DNA of 60,534 bases, taken from contig CAMCJW010000001.1 of assembly GCA_945875195.1 (NCBI GenBank), positions 1 to 60,534 on the forward strand. The letters are read 5' to 3'. A program made the translations under genes and the position numbers. Shown here piece after piece: positions 57,904-60,534 of the stretch (positions are counted from its first letter, which is position 1; every line of letters starts with the position of its first letter). This DNA is from Chitinophaga pinensis (GTDB taxonomy: Bacteria; Bacteroidota; Bacteroidia; UKL13-3). Under the pieces are notes generated by a model. It worked only from the letters and a program-made list of their open reading frames with translations. It was not told the origin of the DNA and did not search any database.

Positions 57904-60534
57904 ATGAAATCCAAGCAATTATTGTTACTTAAATTTGCCTTTGTTTTGGCTTTGTTTCTTCCCGTTTTTTCTGTGAAAGCTTCGCATGTTGTTGGCTCGG
58001 AAATGACTTACCAATGCACTGGCACACCAGGTGTTTATAATGTTACAGTTAAATTGTATAGAGATTGCCAAGGTGCAGCTCAAATATGTATAAGTTGCCC
58101 AACATCCTTAAGCCCTACTTGTAGTATTCCTTTAAATATAACTGGCTATGCCTCACCAGCAGGTTCTGGTATGCCAACAAGCCCTTGCACTGGTGTTAGC
58201 TTTGGAACACAAAACCTTGCTGTAGTTACATCAGCAAGCGGATTTGATGTAGTTCAATTATGCAATACAACTAAATCTGTTTGCACAAATTGTGGCACTA
58301 GAACGGCGGGTACTTATACTCCCGGAGTTGAAATTTATACTTTTACTGGGCAAATAAATTTATCTGGCATACCCGCTAGCTGTTGCTTTATTTCTATAGG
58401 TTATAATACTTGTTGCAGAAACAATGCAATTACAACCCTAGTTAATCCAGGGGGTATAAATTTTTACTCTGAGGCAATCATTAACAGGTGTGCAACACCA
58501 TGCAATAGTAGCCCAACTTTTGCATTTGAATCTGAAATTGCTGTACCTGCTGGAAATGATTTTGTAGTAAACCTTGGCGCCACAGACCCCGACGGTGATT
58601 CATTGAGCTATCATCAAGGAGCTTCTTTAACAGGCTCAAATACTATAGCACCTTATGTTACACCATATTCTCCTACTGTCCCTTTCTCCTACTTAGGTGC
58701 TCCAGCGCAAAGCCCGCCAGCTTTGGCTCCACTTGGTATTTCAATGAATGCAGTTACTGGCGATTATAGGTTCAGACCACAAGGAAGTTTTGTGGCACCA
58801 ATTGTTATTGAAATAAAACAATGGAAAACCATAGCTGGTGTTCCAACTTTAATGGGTATAACTAGAAAAGAACATCAGTTTTATTCTCAATTTATGGCTG
58901 CTAATAATGCGCCAACAATAGTATTATATCGCGACTCTAGCTCTCAAACCATTAGTTTAACTGCCTATACCATGTTTGATACCATTTGTGTGGGTCAAAC
59001 TTATTGTAGAACTTTTGTGGCAGCAGATAATAATATTGCCGATACTACAGACTTTACATGGAACTTACCTAGTGCTATTTCTTCTTCTGGGGGATCATTT
59101 ACTCGATCATTTAATCTTGCAACACGAGATATAAACGGCCCGCGAAAAGATTCAATAAAATTCTGTTGGACACCCCCAAATGGCGTAGCAAATAGTAGGC
59201 CTTATTATTTAAACGTTATTGCAAAAGACAGAAGATGTCCACTCAAGGCAAAAACCATTCAAAATATTGGATTGGTGGTAAATCCTGCACCATCAGCCAT
59301 TATTAACAAAGTTTTTATTGATACCACCACACGAAAATTTAAATACACAAAAACGAATGCCGTTTTTAATAATCCAGCATTAACTCAATGGCAAATTGAA
59401 ACAACTCCTAAATCGAACGCTTTTACAAGCTACAATTCCGATAGCTTAACTAGCCACACTTTTACTAACATTGGATGGTATAAAATAAAGCTTTTATTAG
59501 CTGGCAATTGTTCTTCGCTATTAGCAATTAATGACTCAATATTTATAACAAATTTTAACCTCACACTTGTTGAGGCAAAAAACATAATTTGTAAAAATGA
59601 CTCCTCTGGTAAAATAATTGTAAAAGCTACAGGTGGTTGGCCACCATACCAATACCAAATTAAAGTTGGTTCAAACCTTTCTGCATTTGGCACCAATGAT
59701 ACCTTTAGCAGCCTGGCTGCCAACACATACACAATCAATGTAAAAGACAGCCTTTCTAATACAAATGGAACTAATGCTGGTTCTTTAATTGTTACCTTAA
59801 CCGAGCCTCTCAATTCCATTTCAATGGGAGTGCAAGTTAAAGGCGTAACTTGTAATGGCGACTCGAATGGAGTTATAACTATAAGGGCATTAAACAATGT
59901 TGGCCCTTTTCAAGTTAAATTGGGAGCAGGTAGCTTTCAAAACGACACATTATTTACTAATTTAAAGCCTGACGAGAGGCTTTTTACAATAAGGGATTCT
60001 ATTGGATGTATGGTATCCCAACTTGTTAATTTTTTTGACCCAGCGGTTTTAATGTGTAACATTGATAATATTTCCCATGTAAATTGTAAAGGTGATTCCT
60101 CGGCAACAATTACTATTGGAACTTCTGGCGGTGTTACACCTTATAAAATGCGAATTAATGGATCAGCCTACCAAACAAATACAATATTTTATAATCAAAA
60201 GGCTGGGCCTAAACTTATAGAAGTTTCAGATGCAAATAATTGTATAAAAACCATTTCTACAACTATCAATGAACCAGCAACTAAATTAACAGTTAGCGTA
60301 CTTTCAAAAACACCTGTTTCATGCGCTTCTTCCCTTGGATCAGCTACCTTATCAGCAACAGGGGGAACAACCCCTTACAAATATGGTAGGTTAAGCGGCC
60401 CAGCTCCTGTAACATCTCCTATAGTTGGCAACCTGCCTGCAGGTGTTTATACCTTTTTAGTTAGAGACTCTAACCTTTGTCAAGCGACCGTGGTAGATAC
60501 AATTAAGTCAATAAGTACTTTGAACCTATTGTTG
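57904..60534 (+). CDS. Large cell-surface adhesin with SprB repeats, 3'-truncated by the window end; absent from the ORF track
   Basis: ATG 57904 opens 877 sense codons, which I checked line by line with no stop to 60534. Signal peptide, Cys-rich SHVVGSEMTYQC..VKLYRDC head, then SprB-type repeats. Confidence 0.8.
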   Translation, partial: MKSKQLLLLKFAFVLALFLPVFSVKASHVVGSEMTYQCTGTPGVYNVTVKLYRDCQGAAQICISCPTSLSPTCSIPLNITGYASPAGSGMPTSPCTGVSFGTQNLAVVTSASGFDVVQLCNTTKSVCTNCGTRTAGTYTPGVEIYTFTGQINLSGIPASCCFISIGYNTCCRNNAITTLVNPGGINFYSEAIINRCATPCNSSPTFAFESEIAVPAGNDFVVNLGATDPDGDSLSYHQGASLTGSNTIAPYVTPYSPTVPFSYLGAPAQSPPALAPLGISMNAVTGDYRFRPQGSFVAPIVIEIKQWKTIAGVPTLMGITRKEHQFYSQFMAANNAPTIVLYRDSSSQTISLTAYTMFDTICVGQTYCRTFVAADNNIADTTDFTWNLPSAISSSGGSFTRSFNLATRDINGPRKDSIKFCWTPPNGVANSRPYYLNVIAKDRRCPLKAKTIQNIGLVVNPAPSAIINKVFIDTTTRKFKYTKTNAVFNNPALTQWQIETTPKSNAFTSYNSDSLTSHTFTNIGWYKIKLLLAGNCSSLLAINDSIFITNFNLTLVEAKNIICKNDSSGKIIVKATGGWPPYQYQIKVGSNLSAFGTNDTFSSLAANTYTINVKDSLSNTNGTNAGSLIVTLTEPLNSISMGVQVKGVTCNGDSNGVITIRALNNVGPFQVKLGAGSFQNDTLFTNLKPDERLFTIRDSIGCMVSQLVNFFDPAVLMCNIDNISHVNCKGDSSATITIGTSGGVTPYKMRINGSAYQTNTIFYNQKAGPKLIEVSDANNCIKTISTTINEPATKLTVSVLSKTPVSCASSLGSATLSATGGTTPYKYGRLSGPAPVTSPIVGNLPAGVYTFLVRDSNLCQATVVDTIKSISTLNLLL
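59557..60510 (+). repeat. Four tandem ~78-aa SprB-type repeats inside the adhesin gene
   Basis: Each unit has a conserved Cys then the GG..PY motif: ICKNDSSGKIIVKATGGWPPYQY, VTCNGDSNGVITIRA..GPFQV, VNCKGDSSATITIGTSGGVTPYKM, VSCASSLGSATLSATGGTTPYKY. Confidence 0.65.

Noticed and set aside
59430-59897. 155-aa minus-strand ORF, the only track entry in the last 2.7 kb.
   Set aside because: It is antisense to the long open plus-strand adhesin frame, whose repeats and signal peptide make biological sense. Its own translation has no recognisable features.
1-60534. CRISPR arrays, tRNA/rRNA genes, IS elements, prophage or integrase genes.
   Set aside because: No regularly spaced direct repeats, no cloverleaf-like GC-rich ~75-nt islands in the intergenic gaps, and no transposase, integrase or phage-like ORFs were seen. 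Scanning by eye could miss small RNAs.

Overview
AT-rich chromosomal segment with Bacteroidota hallmarks: Gln at +1 of most signal peptides, a T9SS C-terminal sorting domain, a SprB-repeat adhesin and a TAnnTTTG-type promoter. I support about 55 protein genes, mostly tightly packed housekeeping or metabolic genes. I recognised no rRNA, tRNA, CRISPR array, transposase or integrase. Three themed blocks stand out. (1) 8.8-18.3 kb is a cyanophycin block. cphA is followed 10 nt later by a PPK2 polyphosphate kinase. Cyanophycinase lies on the other strand and an isoaspartyl dipeptidase sits behind paaABC. An MBOAT/AlgJ-like acyltransferase pair is wedged between cphA and cphB. (2) 34-41.6 kb is a carotenoid locus: crtD-like, a TonB-dependent receptor, crtI, crtB, an unknown 164-aa gene and idi. 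(3) 48.4-53.1 kb is a retinal/rhodopsin module set in unusually long ORF-free spacers. It holds a DTE-motif proteorhodopsin, a single 681-aa ORF fusing lycopene cyclase to a Brp/Blh beta-carotene dioxygenase, and a heme-oxygenase-like (probable DUF3050) gene. The fused CrtY::Blh gene and the uncharacterised genes embedded in these pigment operons are the best candidates for something undescribed. Two genes absent from the ORF track were found by reading the sequence. One is a 54-aa HicB/UPF0150-like ORF at 16131-16295. The other is an 877-codon adhesin ORF from 57904 that stays open to the window end. The metK leader looks like a riboswitch-type switch, but I could not assign it to a class. 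All family assignments rest on motif recognition by eye; no searches were run.
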